64,000 bases of DNA from a virus (Duplodnaviria > Heunggongvirae > Uroviricota > Caudoviricetes): positions 1 through 64,000 of the IMG/VR virus record IMGVR_UViG_3300022660_000062. The stretch is one strand, 5' to 3'. The notes under the pieces were generated by a model. The model saw nothing but the letters and a program-made list of their open reading frames with translations. It searched no databases and was not told where the DNA came from. Both the position numbers and the translations under genes were made by a program. Below are positions 8,081-15,927 of the stretch, piece after piece (positions within the stretch are counted from its first letter, which is position 1; every line of letters starts with the position of its first letter).

Positions 8081-8113
8081 GCTAACTGTAGAAATATAGT
8101 TAGCTTTTTTTAG

Positions 8114-8142
8114 TTGATTATTTAACTGTTATCATATATAAT
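8114..8142 (+). promoter_or_regulatory. Sigma-A-type promoter (family consensus)
   Basis: TAGTTGATTATTTAACTGTTATCATATATAAT; TTGATT-17-TATAAT. Confidence 0.6.
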
Positions 8143-8179
8143 GTTAGTATAATAAATAACAGTTAAGGAAGTGCATCTT

Positions 8180-8527
8180 ATGTTTAAGTTCCATACTTAT
8201 GTTCCCGCTTCTCAGATTTGGCCTACTGCTGAAAATCATGTTGACAAGGGAATGGCCCTTGGCTTAGTAAGAGGCTATTGTGTTGAGGTTAAGCTCAGTG
8301 ACGGTAGCACTGATTGGTGGTCTTGTGAGTGGATTCAAAGCGAGCCCGAAACTGAATTCAATGATGATTTTCATATTTGGTTGTGGAAGGAAAACTGTGT
8401 TGAACTCACCGGTAGAATCTGCTTCAGAGGTTATGGTTTTGAAGAATATGACTTTGAAGAGCGTGAACATGTAGTTCGGCCCATCGATGACGCCGAAGCA
8501 CTTAAAATCATTCAGAGTGTTGCTTGA
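8180..8527 (+). CDS. Hypothetical protein
   Basis: ORF; RBS TAAGGAAG, ATG at 8180. Confidence 0.55.
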   Translation: MFKFHTYVPASQIWPTAENHVDKGMALGLVRGYCVEVKLSDGSTDWWSCEWIQSEPETEFNDDFHIWLWKENCVELTGRICFRGYGFEEYDFEEREHVVRPIDDAEALKIIQSVA

Positions 8528-8540
8528 GGAGGTAACTGTT

Positions 8541-8744
8541 ATGTATGAAATGAATTTTGTTTGTAAGTGTATCAAGTCCTGTTGGGACTTCGATGTGGAC
8601 GCTGGAGAGGTTTACAACGGAACTGCTGTTTTCGACAAAAACGGATTTGTTACGTTTGTTATCCACATCTTTGATGACCCTCCTATCCGTTGTGTTCAAG
8701 AGTGGTTCGAAGAGTATTTTGAACTTGTACATACAAACAACTAG
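8541..8744 (+). CDS. Hypothetical small protein
   Basis: GAGGAGG RBS before the ATG at 8541. Confidence 0.5.
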   Translation: MYEMNFVCKCIKSCWDFDVDAGEVYNGTAVFDKNGFVTFVIHIFDDPPIRCVQEWFEEYFELVHTNN

Positions 8745-8761
8745 TTCAGGAGGTTACTAGA

Positions 8762-9172
8762 ATGAGGTTTAATATATTTGAAAGCACCGTTGGTGCATGT
8801 GTGGCGGTAGAAGATGCACTCACTGAAAGAGAGGCGTTGATTCAGTATCTTCTAAGACATGAAGAACTGGATGATATTATGTTGTGGAAGTTTACCGATC
8901 GTTCCAGCTCGTGGAAACTTGCTAAGTATGATCAGGAAGATGAATACTTGTATGCAAAGTTAGCTCCTCACGAGGATAACTTGTGGGAATTTTTCAATCA
9001 ACTACCTCAAGGATACGATATGCAGATTTTTGATGCCGAAGGTAAACTTTTGGTAGAAAGTTACAATAGCATCTCAAGTTCAATGGATGATTATAGAATT
9101 CAATCCGTAAAAAGATCAGAAACTGATCACACTGTTTTCATTGTAAAAGTTGAGAAGGGAGGGGATGTGTAA
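8762..9172 (+). CDS. Hypothetical protein
   Basis: ORF with AGGAGG RBS. Confidence 0.55.
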   Translation: MRFNIFESTVGACVAVEDALTEREALIQYLLRHEELDDIMLWKFTDRSSSWKLAKYDQEDEYLYAKLAPHEDNLWEFFNQLPQGYDMQIFDAEGKLLVESYNSISSSMDDYRIQSVKRSETDHTVFIVKVEKGGDV

Positions 9173-9175
9173 ACT

Positions 9176-9574
9176 ATGAAAGAATACACGCTTGAAAACA
9201 TCTCTGAATGGGTGAAGGATCTTGAATCTAAGTCAAAGTTTAGTCAATTCAGAGTATATTGCATTGTTTCGAGGCATGATGAAAATTGTGTAAAACAAAA
9301 TCATATCATTGAAGCTGCAGGATTGAACAACAGATTTGGTGGCAAACAGGTTCACTGCGTTGGCGAGGATATGGCTGTCATTGAATATCAAGATTCAAGA
9401 AGAGAAGAAACTTATTTCATACCTTATGTTAAAGATCATCCTCATTCTTCGGAATGGTTTTCATCTTTTGATTGTGCTCTTCTGGCTGCAATAAGTTTGA
9501 AATATACACATAGCGTTGATGGTGGTAAATTTGCTGCAAAAATGTTGGAAGTGAGAGACAAATGCGAGGATTAA
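9176..9574 (+). CDS. Hypothetical protein
   Basis: ORF with GGGAGGGG RBS. Confidence 0.55.
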   Translation: MKEYTLENISEWVKDLESKSKFSQFRVYCIVSRHDENCVKQNHIIEAAGLNNRFGGKQVHCVGEDMAVIEYQDSRREETYFIPYVKDHPHSSEWFSSFDCALLAAISLKYTHSVDGGKFAAKMLEVRDKCED

Positions 9575-9726
9575 CTTTGATGCTCGGAGCTATATATCTG
9601 TGGTATGTAGCTGCTAACATAAGTAACAAATATGAAAAAGCTAACTTTCTTAGAGGAATATTTGTATTCCTATCTTGGATGTCTTTCATAGCATCCATTA
9701 TACTAACATGTATCGGGGTATAACTA

Positions 9727-9939
9727 ATGAGTTATGTTCGTGAAAACACAATTCTAACTGATCTGTTGAAGGTTCCTGTTAATGTGCCATTTGGTTGTGG
9801 TGGCAGTATATATAGAGTTACAAACTACAACAATCTTCAAGTTAAGTACACACACGGTTGGTGTGAAGTTCATCCCGCAGAAGCTGTAGAGGTATACATC
9901 AACAGAAACAAAATAAAGATTTTGGAGGATTATGTATGA
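9727..9939 (+). CDS. Hypothetical small protein
   Basis: ORF with weak RBS. Confidence 0.45.
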   Translation: MSYVRENTILTDLLKVPVNVPFGCGGSIYRVTNYNNLQVKYTHGWCEVHPAEAVEVYINRNKIKILEDYV

Positions 9940-10095
9940 TTATCCGTAAGGGTTGGAGACGTAAAATATATCGCAGAGATAGCGATATCAGTAAGTACGT
10001 TTATGAAGGTTGGTTTTTGCTTGGAATCTTCCCTTTGTATATCCATCGAGTCACTGTATATAACAAGTGACATATACCAGAGAGGATAACTAACA

Positions 10096-10290
10096 ATGGC
10101 AACTAAACCTATTACAAATGACACTGAACAACGCTCTGCAACTATTCTACTAAATCATCATAGTTTAGCAATGTGCAACGACAAGACCATGGACAAACTT
10201 GTTGAAAATTTTGCACAAGCAAAAGATCTTCTGATTGAAATTTACAAGTACAACGCAAAACGTATTGTTGAGTCACAAGAAAAGAAATAA
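10096..10290 (+). CDS. Hypothetical small protein
   Basis: ORF with GAGAGGA RBS. Confidence 0.5.
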   Translation: MATKPITNDTEQRSATILLNHHSLAMCNDKTMDKLVENFAQAKDLLIEIYKYNAKRIVESQEKK

Positions 10291-10335
10291 CGCGCACAAC
10301 TGATTGTGCAAGGATGTGCATAGGAGATAACTACT

Positions 10336-10965
10336 TTGGGATTATTTACACCGGAACAAAATAAGAAGCTGATTGAAATCTATCCATATTTACAACCTCG
10401 CAATGTTTGGACAGATAAGATCCCAGAGGACTACGACTACAGTTACATTCGTGGTGACAGAGAGGTTCCTGATGGTTGGATGCGATTGTTCTTGCTATAT
10501 TGTAAAGCAATTCGTCCTGCTCTTGTTAACGATAACTATCTCGAGCAATTTCGTTTTTCTCAGGTAAAGGAAAAGTACGGATCAATGCGCTTATATGACT
10601 TTGGTGCACCGAAAGAAGTTCGAGATCAGGAATGGCTTTACAGTGGATATAGTGAGTTTGTTTGCCAGCGCTGCGGCAACTTCGCTAAGTATAGAACTTC
10701 ATACTGGGTGGAACAGCTATGTGAACAATGCTATGATCCGAAGGAGTGTAGCGAGTCTGTTGAAAAAGTTGTTAAACACAGATCTATAACCATTCGTTCC
10801 TATGGACGAGATGGAGATACGTCAAGGACTCTATCATACAAAGATGTAAACACTGAGTACCGTAAGTGTATGAAGATGACAGATCAGCAATTCTTCGATT
10901 ACATTACAAAGGAGGAGAACTATGCTCCAGAAAAACATCGACAAACAGGAACGCAAGAAGCGTGA
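10336..10965 (+). CDS. Hypothetical Cys-rich protein (TTG start)
   Basis: ORF with AGGAGA RBS 7 nt before the TTG start; multiple CxxC pairs. Confidence 0.5.
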   Translation: MGLFTPEQNKKLIEIYPYLQPRNVWTDKIPEDYDYSYIRGDREVPDGWMRLFLLYCKAIRPALVNDNYLEQFRFSQVKEKYGSMRLYDFGAPKEVRDQEWLYSGYSEFVCQRCGNFAKYRTSYWVEQLCEQCYDPKECSESVEKVVKHRSITIRSYGRDGDTSRTLSYKDVNTEYRKCMKMTDQQFFDYITKEENYAPEKHRQTGTQEA

Positions 10966-11308
10966 TACTTGGGTTGGATACTACCCTCGTAGAACTCCTA
11001 CCAAGAAGACGCTGATGGATCGTCAAGATAAAAAGCACAGGAATAAACAAGCCCTGCTATCTACTAAGTGGCGGGGTGATTTTTTGCCAGTTTTTTGGTA
11101 GTTTTTCTTAGTAGATCTTGTTACAACTAATCAAGTAGTATACATTATACTCTACAAGTTGATCGCGTTAAAACTTGTTGCACAAAGTGTAATAAATCAA
11201 GTTGAATTACAATAATATAATAAATATAATATGACCTGTGGTCATTAACTTGGTTAAAGTTATACAAAGTTGATTGTACGATTTAAGTAAAAGTATGAGG
11301 TCTACAAC

Positions 11309-11524
11309 ATGAAGATGATTACAGCAAAAGGCTACAAAGCATTCCACGGCAAGATGCTTATTCAGCTTGCTCCAAGTGTAAAAGATGTTGCTCCATTTAT
11401 CGAGGGCCCATATGATTGGATCTATGATCCTGAAACAAATATGTGGTATTCAGATCATCATTCCTATTCCGGCAACGTAACTACTCCGTTGTTTGATGAT
11501 TGGAAAGACGAAAAAACAAGTTGA
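11309..11524 (+). CDS. Hypothetical small protein
   Basis: ORF with GAGGT RBS. Confidence 0.5.
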   Translation: MKMITAKGYKAFHGKMLIQLAPSVKDVAPFIEGPYDWIYDPETNMWYSDHHSYSGNVTTPLFDDWKDEKTS

Positions 11525-11625
11525 TTGTTTTAACAGTTTACAATATAATGTAAGTGTAGATAATAAATTTACAAATGAATTCTCAATCAAGTTATTACAT
11601 ATCTTTTATGAGGAGGAGTTTGTAA

Positions 11626-11868
11626 ATGAGTGAACTACGATATGCTACTGTACGAAAGTATGCTTCTCGTGAGTTAGCAAACAACAACTGTCAACATGCA
11701 ATAATTGGAGCAAAGATTGTTCAAGAGGATGGTCAGGCTGTTCTAGTTCTTGCAAGTAATCCTGATAGGATTGTTTACATTGTTGATGATGTGTCCTTTG
11801 AGAATTACATTCAGATGTTGTTTGATAAGTATCCACAGATTAATTCAATTTGTGCAGTTCATAGATAG
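11626..11868 (+). CDS. Hypothetical protein
   Basis: ORF with GAGGAGGAG RBS. Confidence 0.55.
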   Translation: MSELRYATVRKYASRELANNNCQHAIIGAKIVQEDGQAVLVLASNPDRIVYIVDDVSFENYIQMLFDKYPQINSICAVHR

Positions 11869-11872
11869 AAAC

Positions 11873-11948
11873 GGGCCATTAGCTCAACTGGCAGAGCATC
11901 TGGCTCATAACCGGACGGTTCAGGGTTCAATCCCCTGGTGGCCCACCA
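11873..11948 (+). tRNA. tRNA with anticodon CAT (elongator Met or Ile2-lysidine type)
   Basis: Acceptor GGGCCAT/GTGGCCC, D-arm GCTCAACTGGCAGAGC, anticodon stem TCTGG/CCGGA with loop CTCATAA, T-arm CAGGG-TTCAATC-CCCTG, CCA encoded. Confidence 0.8.
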
Positions 11949-12052
11949 CTATGTATCCATAACATAGTACCTCCTTTCAAATTAAAAGCCTCAATGTGGC
12001 ACAAGGCTCCAGCTGCAACTGGTTCAGGAGTGCCACACTTCTACGAAATATA

Positions 12053-12130
12053 TCCTTCAATGGTGCAGTTGGTAGACACCGCCTTGCTATGGAAAGGCGT
12101 TGCGTTGGTTCGAGTCCAACTTGATGGACC
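12053..12130 (+). tRNA. Atypical tRNA-like gene with 8-nt anticodon loop (GCTATGGA) and one acceptor mismatch
   Basis: Acceptor CCTTCAA/TTGATGG (one T-T mismatch), D-loop AGTTGGTAGA, anticodon stem GCCTT/AAGGC around an 8-nt loop, T-arm GTTGG-TTCGAGT-CCAAC, discriminator A, CCA encoded. Confidence 0.4.
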
Positions 12131-12237
12131 AGAATGTCGTAGATCTGAATCTAGGCGGGGTGGCGAAGTGCCCAAAATCCTCGTGAGGGCAATTGCAGGG
12201 GAGCTGCTTCTAGGGCTGAAGGCTCCTTACGACATCT
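12131..12237 (+). other. Structured element closed by a long inverted repeat (ATGTCGTAG...CTACGACAT)
   Basis: A 9-bp inverted repeat at 12134-12142 and 12227-12235 encloses about 85 nt of GC-rich sequence with internal hairpins (GGAGC...GCTCC, GGCGGGG...). No credible ORF. Confidence 0.3.
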
Positions 12238-12664
12238 AAATATGATGAGAGCTGGTTACTCTGCTGAGCGGTGAAACGATATATCTGCAGGCGGTGCGTG
12301 CACCTACACGACATCATATTTAGCGTTAACCGAACTCTTTACGTGAAGTTGAGTGACTCATACACAGGTAGCATTTACATTAAATCTGCTTCTATAAAGT
12401 TATGTTCAAGAGTTGTTAAGAGGATCTGTATGAGAGATCCGTCGGGTTGCAGCGTTTATTTAACAACAAATGAGCAGCATCATAGGCCACTGGCTTGTTA
12501 CACGACCTCAAGGCGAACAGATAAGATGGATGACGGTGTGGCAACGCAGACCAACTTACGGCTCTGTAACAAACTTGTATAATTGTTACATCTATAGATA
12601 GTGTCTAGGCGTTGAGTAGAGGAAATGTAACAAGTTAGTGGTACTAGTTGTTTTCTTAAGATCT

Positions 12665-12751
12665 GCGGGATTGCATGGAATGGTAGACAGGGCAGACTCA
12701 AAATCTGTTGCTCATAAGAGCGTGAGGGTTCGAGTCCCTCATCCCGCACCA
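12665..12751 (+). tRNA. tRNA-Leu (anticodon CAA)
   Basis: Acceptor GCGGGAT/ATCCCGC, Leu-type D-loop GGAATGGTAGAC, anticodon loop CTCAAAA, variable-arm hairpin GCTCATAAGAGC, T-arm GAGGG-TTCGAGT-CCCTC, discriminator A, CCA encoded. Confidence 0.8.
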
Positions 12752-12763
12752 TACAAAAGATAG

Positions 12764-12792
12764 TTGATTTAACTGTTATCATAAATTATAAT
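12764..12792 (+). promoter_or_regulatory. Sigma-A-type promoter (family consensus)
   Basis: TAGTTGATTTAACTGTTATCATAAATTATAAT; TTGATT-17-TATAAT. Confidence 0.55.
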
Positions 12793-12809
12793 AAGAATGT
12801 AAATAATTC

Positions 12810-13022
12810 ATGGAGGTTGATGTTATGCCAAAGCCTGATGGAACTCTTTACAGATGGGAGCTTGCCGAATTGCGCCAAGCGGAAGCAAGTTATGAAAGAG
12901 CTGTTCACAGAACAAAGATGACACAAGGATCCTCCTCTCAGCCCTACAATGAGGCGGCAGAGAAAGTTGCGTTTGCTCGTTTGCTATCCGCAAATACAAA
13001 GTATGGCGGATACAGACGTTAA
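12810..13022 (+). CDS. Hypothetical small protein
   Basis: ORF with GGAGGT RBS. Confidence 0.5.
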   Translation: MEVDVMPKPDGTLYRWELAELRQAEASYERAVHRTKMTQGSSSQPYNEAAEKVAFARLLSANTKYGGYRR

Positions 13023-13251
13023 CAGTTTTCTGTTAGCTGTATAAAACAGTTTGATTAGACGCTAAGTTGCAAGTCGCTTAGCAGCGAGTGAAGGCTTGCC
13101 GAAGAGTACAACTTGCATGAATGATTTGAAGAGGTAATTGCACTTCTTGTTGTTCTATGTAAGCCAGTTAGTTGACTCCACACCATTGATGGACTAGATG
13201 GTATCAAGTTGATCATTTCGTAGTATAACTATATAATCACTTTATAGATAA

Positions 13252-13277
13252 GCCCGTGTGGTGGAATAGGTAGACAC
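13252..13277 (+). pseudogene. tRNA-Leu-like 5' fragment (acceptor + D-arm only)
   Basis: GCCCGTG-TG-GTGGAATAGGTAGACAC breaks off after the D-arm. It is preceded by a TTGATC-17-TATAAT promoter and followed by the junction motif TTGTATATATTACTATAA (13290-13307), which is shared with 1113-1130. Confidence 0.6.
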
Positions 13278-13316
13278 TTTAATCTTTCGTTGTATATATT
13301 ACTATAAAATAAATTT

Positions 13317-13453
13317 GGCCCAATGGTGGAATTGGTAGACACAAGGGACTTGTTGGATGCCAGTGCTAATCGAGTAGGGGCAGCACCTACATCCGACACC
13401 AAAAATCCCTCGCTGGAGACAGCGTACCGGTTCGAGTCCGGTTTGGGCCACCA
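13317..13453 (+). tRNA. tRNA-Leu-like gene (inferred anticodon TAA) carrying a ~50-nt insertion in the anticodon loop
   Basis: Acceptor GGCCCAA/TTGGGCC is a perfect match, with Leu-type D-arm GTGGAATTGGTAGACAC and variable-arm hairpin CGCTGGAGACAGCG. T-arm is ACCGG-TTCGAGT-CCGGT, discriminator A, CCA encoded. Anticodon stem halves AGGGA (13344-13348) and TCCCT (13406-13410) are separated by 57 nt. Removing 13352-13401 restores a CTTAAAA loop. Confidence 0.5.
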
Positions 13454-13467
13454 GAAAGATCAATAGT

Positions 13468-14388
13468 ATGAGTACAAAAGAAGATTATAACTTATCTAGA
13501 CCAAGAATTGCGTGTCCTCATTGTGGTCGAGGAATAACAAAAGCTTGTTATGATCGGCATGTTTCAGTTTGTTTGAAAAATCAGTCACAGATCCAAAGAG
13601 AGTCTTACAAGTTAGATCATGATGGTTTGAATTGTAAGTTCTGTGGAAAGTTGTGCAAGAGCACAAACAGTTTGATACAACACGAAATCCGATGTAAAGA
13701 TAATCCCCATAGGAATTGTCATACCGCTTTGCAAGATCATGTTGCTAACAATGTTAGAGGTCAAACAAAGCATACATCTTTGCAGATACGGAAACAAAGT
13801 GAGCGCTTACAAGATCTGTATGCAAGTGGTGAGCTTATTCCTGCAAGTAAAGGAAAGCCTGGAAGCTTTTCCGGATGTAAACACAGCATAGAAACAAAAC
13901 GCAAGATTGGAGAACATGTTTCTGCGTCACGAAAAGCAGGATATGCTTCAGGTAGAATAACACCAGCAAAGGGTGTTGGTTGTGGTAAGTATTCTTACAT
14001 ACAGTACAAAGACAGAACGTACATGTTGCGAAGCACATACGAGTTCATCTATGCGCTGTATCTTTTGAAGAACGGTATTGAATTTGAACTGGAAGCTATT
14101 CGAGTTCCAGCAACAAATTCTTCTACTGTTTCAAACTCAACATTCATTTCAGATTTTAGTTACGATAACAAGGTTGTAGAAATCAAGGGAATTCCAAGCG
14201 AAAAAGACTCATGTATAAAAGATGCATTTGAGTCCGCTGGATATACATTTGTAGAACTATTTGAATCTGATATCGCTATCTATAAAGAGTGGCTGAAATC
14301 AAACAATATTCCTATCGATGAATTACTAGTTAAAATCAAAGATCATCATGACAAGAAAGACTATTTTGTCTTCACATTTGATAACTAG
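13468..14388 (+). CDS. Homing-endonuclease-like protein (C2HC zinc fingers + NUMOD3-like motif + PD-(D/E)XK-like C-terminal domain)
   Basis: Motifs CPHCGRG...H and CKFCGKLCKSTNSLIQHEIRC, NUMOD3-like FSGCKHSIETKRKIGEHVS, and a C-terminal STYEFIYALYLL...VVEIKG nuclease-like domain. It is a paralog of the ORFs at 1152, 15055 and 21881. Confidence 0.7.
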   Translation: MSTKEDYNLSRPRIACPHCGRGITKACYDRHVSVCLKNQSQIQRESYKLDHDGLNCKFCGKLCKSTNSLIQHEIRCKDNPHRNCHTALQDHVANNVRGQTKHTSLQIRKQSERLQDLYASGELIPASKGKPGSFSGCKHSIETKRKIGEHVSASRKAGYASGRITPAKGVGCGKYSYIQYKDRTYMLRSTYEFIYALYLLKNGIEFELEAIRVPATNSSTVSNSTFISDFSYDNKVVEIKGIPSEKDSCIKDAFESAGYTFVELFESDIAIYKEWLKSNNIPIDELLVKIKDHHDKKDYFVFTFDN

Positions 14389-14656
14389 TTGTTTATACCA
14401 ATCGCTTGATTCCTGTAGCGTTTGAAACCGCCAATAATGCGACCCAGCGACTAATGTCGCTGCTAAGTGAGGCGTACGAGGAAAGAAGGGTTGAGCGATA
14501 CAAAGCGTCTTGCTTTTGTTACTTTTTCTTCTGGCGCAGAATACTAAAAGTATCCGTAACGATGCAATACTTCCTAAGACGTGACAGGGTTAGGGATAAG
14601 TAAAATCCGACGACAAATCATGGTTGACTGCTGGAATAGACAGCTATTTTTAACAT

Positions 14657-14747
14657 GGAGCGGTACCCAAGTGGTGAAGGGGGCAGTTTGCTAAACTGCT
14701 AGGCGGTTAACAGCCGTGCAAGGGTTCGAACCCCTCCCGCTCCGCCA
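14657..14747 (+). tRNA. tRNA-Ser (anticodon GCT)
   Basis: Acceptor GGAGCGG/CCGCTCC, discriminator G, 3-bp D-stem, anticodon loop TTGCTAA, long variable arm, T-loop GTTCGAA, CCA encoded. Confidence 0.8.
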
Positions 14748-15054
14748 ATTCATTCAAAGGCGGTAAGATGGAAAAGTTAACTCCCGAGATTGAAAACTTA
14801 CTAGCTGGAACATTCAAGCTCCGACAAACACTATCTTCTGTACTTCCTCCCGAAGCAGTTGATTACATTATTGAATTGATTGCAAAGGATGGCGCACATA
14901 GAAAATTCTTGGAGATTACAAATATGCAAGATTAAGTTGATTGTTTACATAGTACATTATATAATGTTGACGTGGTTACTAGATAGTTTATGCGGTTAGT
15001 CTTGTTTTATTCATTGTATAATATGTTATATAATTCTTCCGGAGTTTGTAACAT

Positions 15055-15726
15055 ATGTACATTTGCCCATTTTGTAACAAAGAATGCAAAAATCAAAACA
15101 GTTTAACAAATCATAAACGATTTTGTAAACTCAATCCAGACCATATTATTATGCCACCTCATAGGAAAGGCATTCCTTCATGGAATAGTGGCTTGACAAG
15201 CAAAGATGATTCTAGAATTCTTTGTGGTTCAGAATTATCAGATGCAGTTAAACAGGGAATGATGAATTCTAATTATATCCCAACAGGACGAGCTTCAACC
15301 GATGAGAAAGAACAACTAAGAAGACAAAAGTTGTCCGTGGTAGCAAAAGAAAGAAACTTGGGTGGATATGTTCCAGGCTCTGGAAGAGGCAAGAAGGGTT
15401 GGTATAAAGGATTTTTCTGCGATTCTACATATGAGTTAGTTTATGTAATCTTCAATCTTGATAACGGTATACCATTCAAGAAATGTCAGAAAGTTTATCA
15501 ATATCTGATTGATGGTGAAACTCATAACTATCATCCTGATTTTGAATTAGCAGATGGGACGCTTGTTGAGATAAAAGGTTATCATAACAGTCTTGTTGAT
15601 ATAAAAGCTGCATCTGTTGTAGATACAAAAATTGACATTCTTTATGAGTCAGACTTGAAGTATGCATTTGACTGGGTTGAAAGTCATTATGAATACAAAG
15701 AATTATCTGACTTATATGAAAAATAA
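15055..15726 (+). CDS. Homing-endonuclease-like protein (C2HC zinc finger + PD-(D/E)XK-like domain)
   Basis: Motif CPFCNKECKNQNSLTNHKRFC, then STYELVYVIF...PDFELADGTLVEIKG. Preceded by an ATTGTATAATATGTTATATAA junction-like motif. Paralog family. Confidence 0.7.
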   Translation: MYICPFCNKECKNQNSLTNHKRFCKLNPDHIIMPPHRKGIPSWNSGLTSKDDSRILCGSELSDAVKQGMMNSNYIPTGRASTDEKEQLRRQKLSVVAKERNLGGYVPGSGRGKKGWYKGFFCDSTYELVYVIFNLDNGIPFKKCQKVYQYLIDGETHNYHPDFELADGTLVEIKGYHNSLVDIKAASVVDTKIDILYESDLKYAFDWVESHYEYKELSDLYEK

Positions 15727-15731
15727 TATTT

Positions 15732-15826
15732 GGCGGGATACCGAAGCGGTCATAACGGCACGGTCTTGAAAACCGTTGTGTCGGCTCTGATCCGACCCGG
15801 GGGTTCGAGTCCCTCTCCCGCCGCCA
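15732..15826 (+). tRNA. tRNA-Ser (anticodon TGA)
   Basis: Acceptor GGCGGGA/TCCCGCC, discriminator G, anticodon stem ACGGT/ACCGT with loop CTTGAAA, about 21-nt variable arm, T-arm GGGGG-TTCGAGT-CCCTC, CCA encoded. Confidence 0.85.
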
Positions 15827-15927
15827 TAAACAATTTACTACTTGATTGAAAGTAGTTGAAGTTATTTACATTCTATCATATAATATGGATGTAAACGATA
15901 GATAAATTCTTAGATGATTACAAGGAG

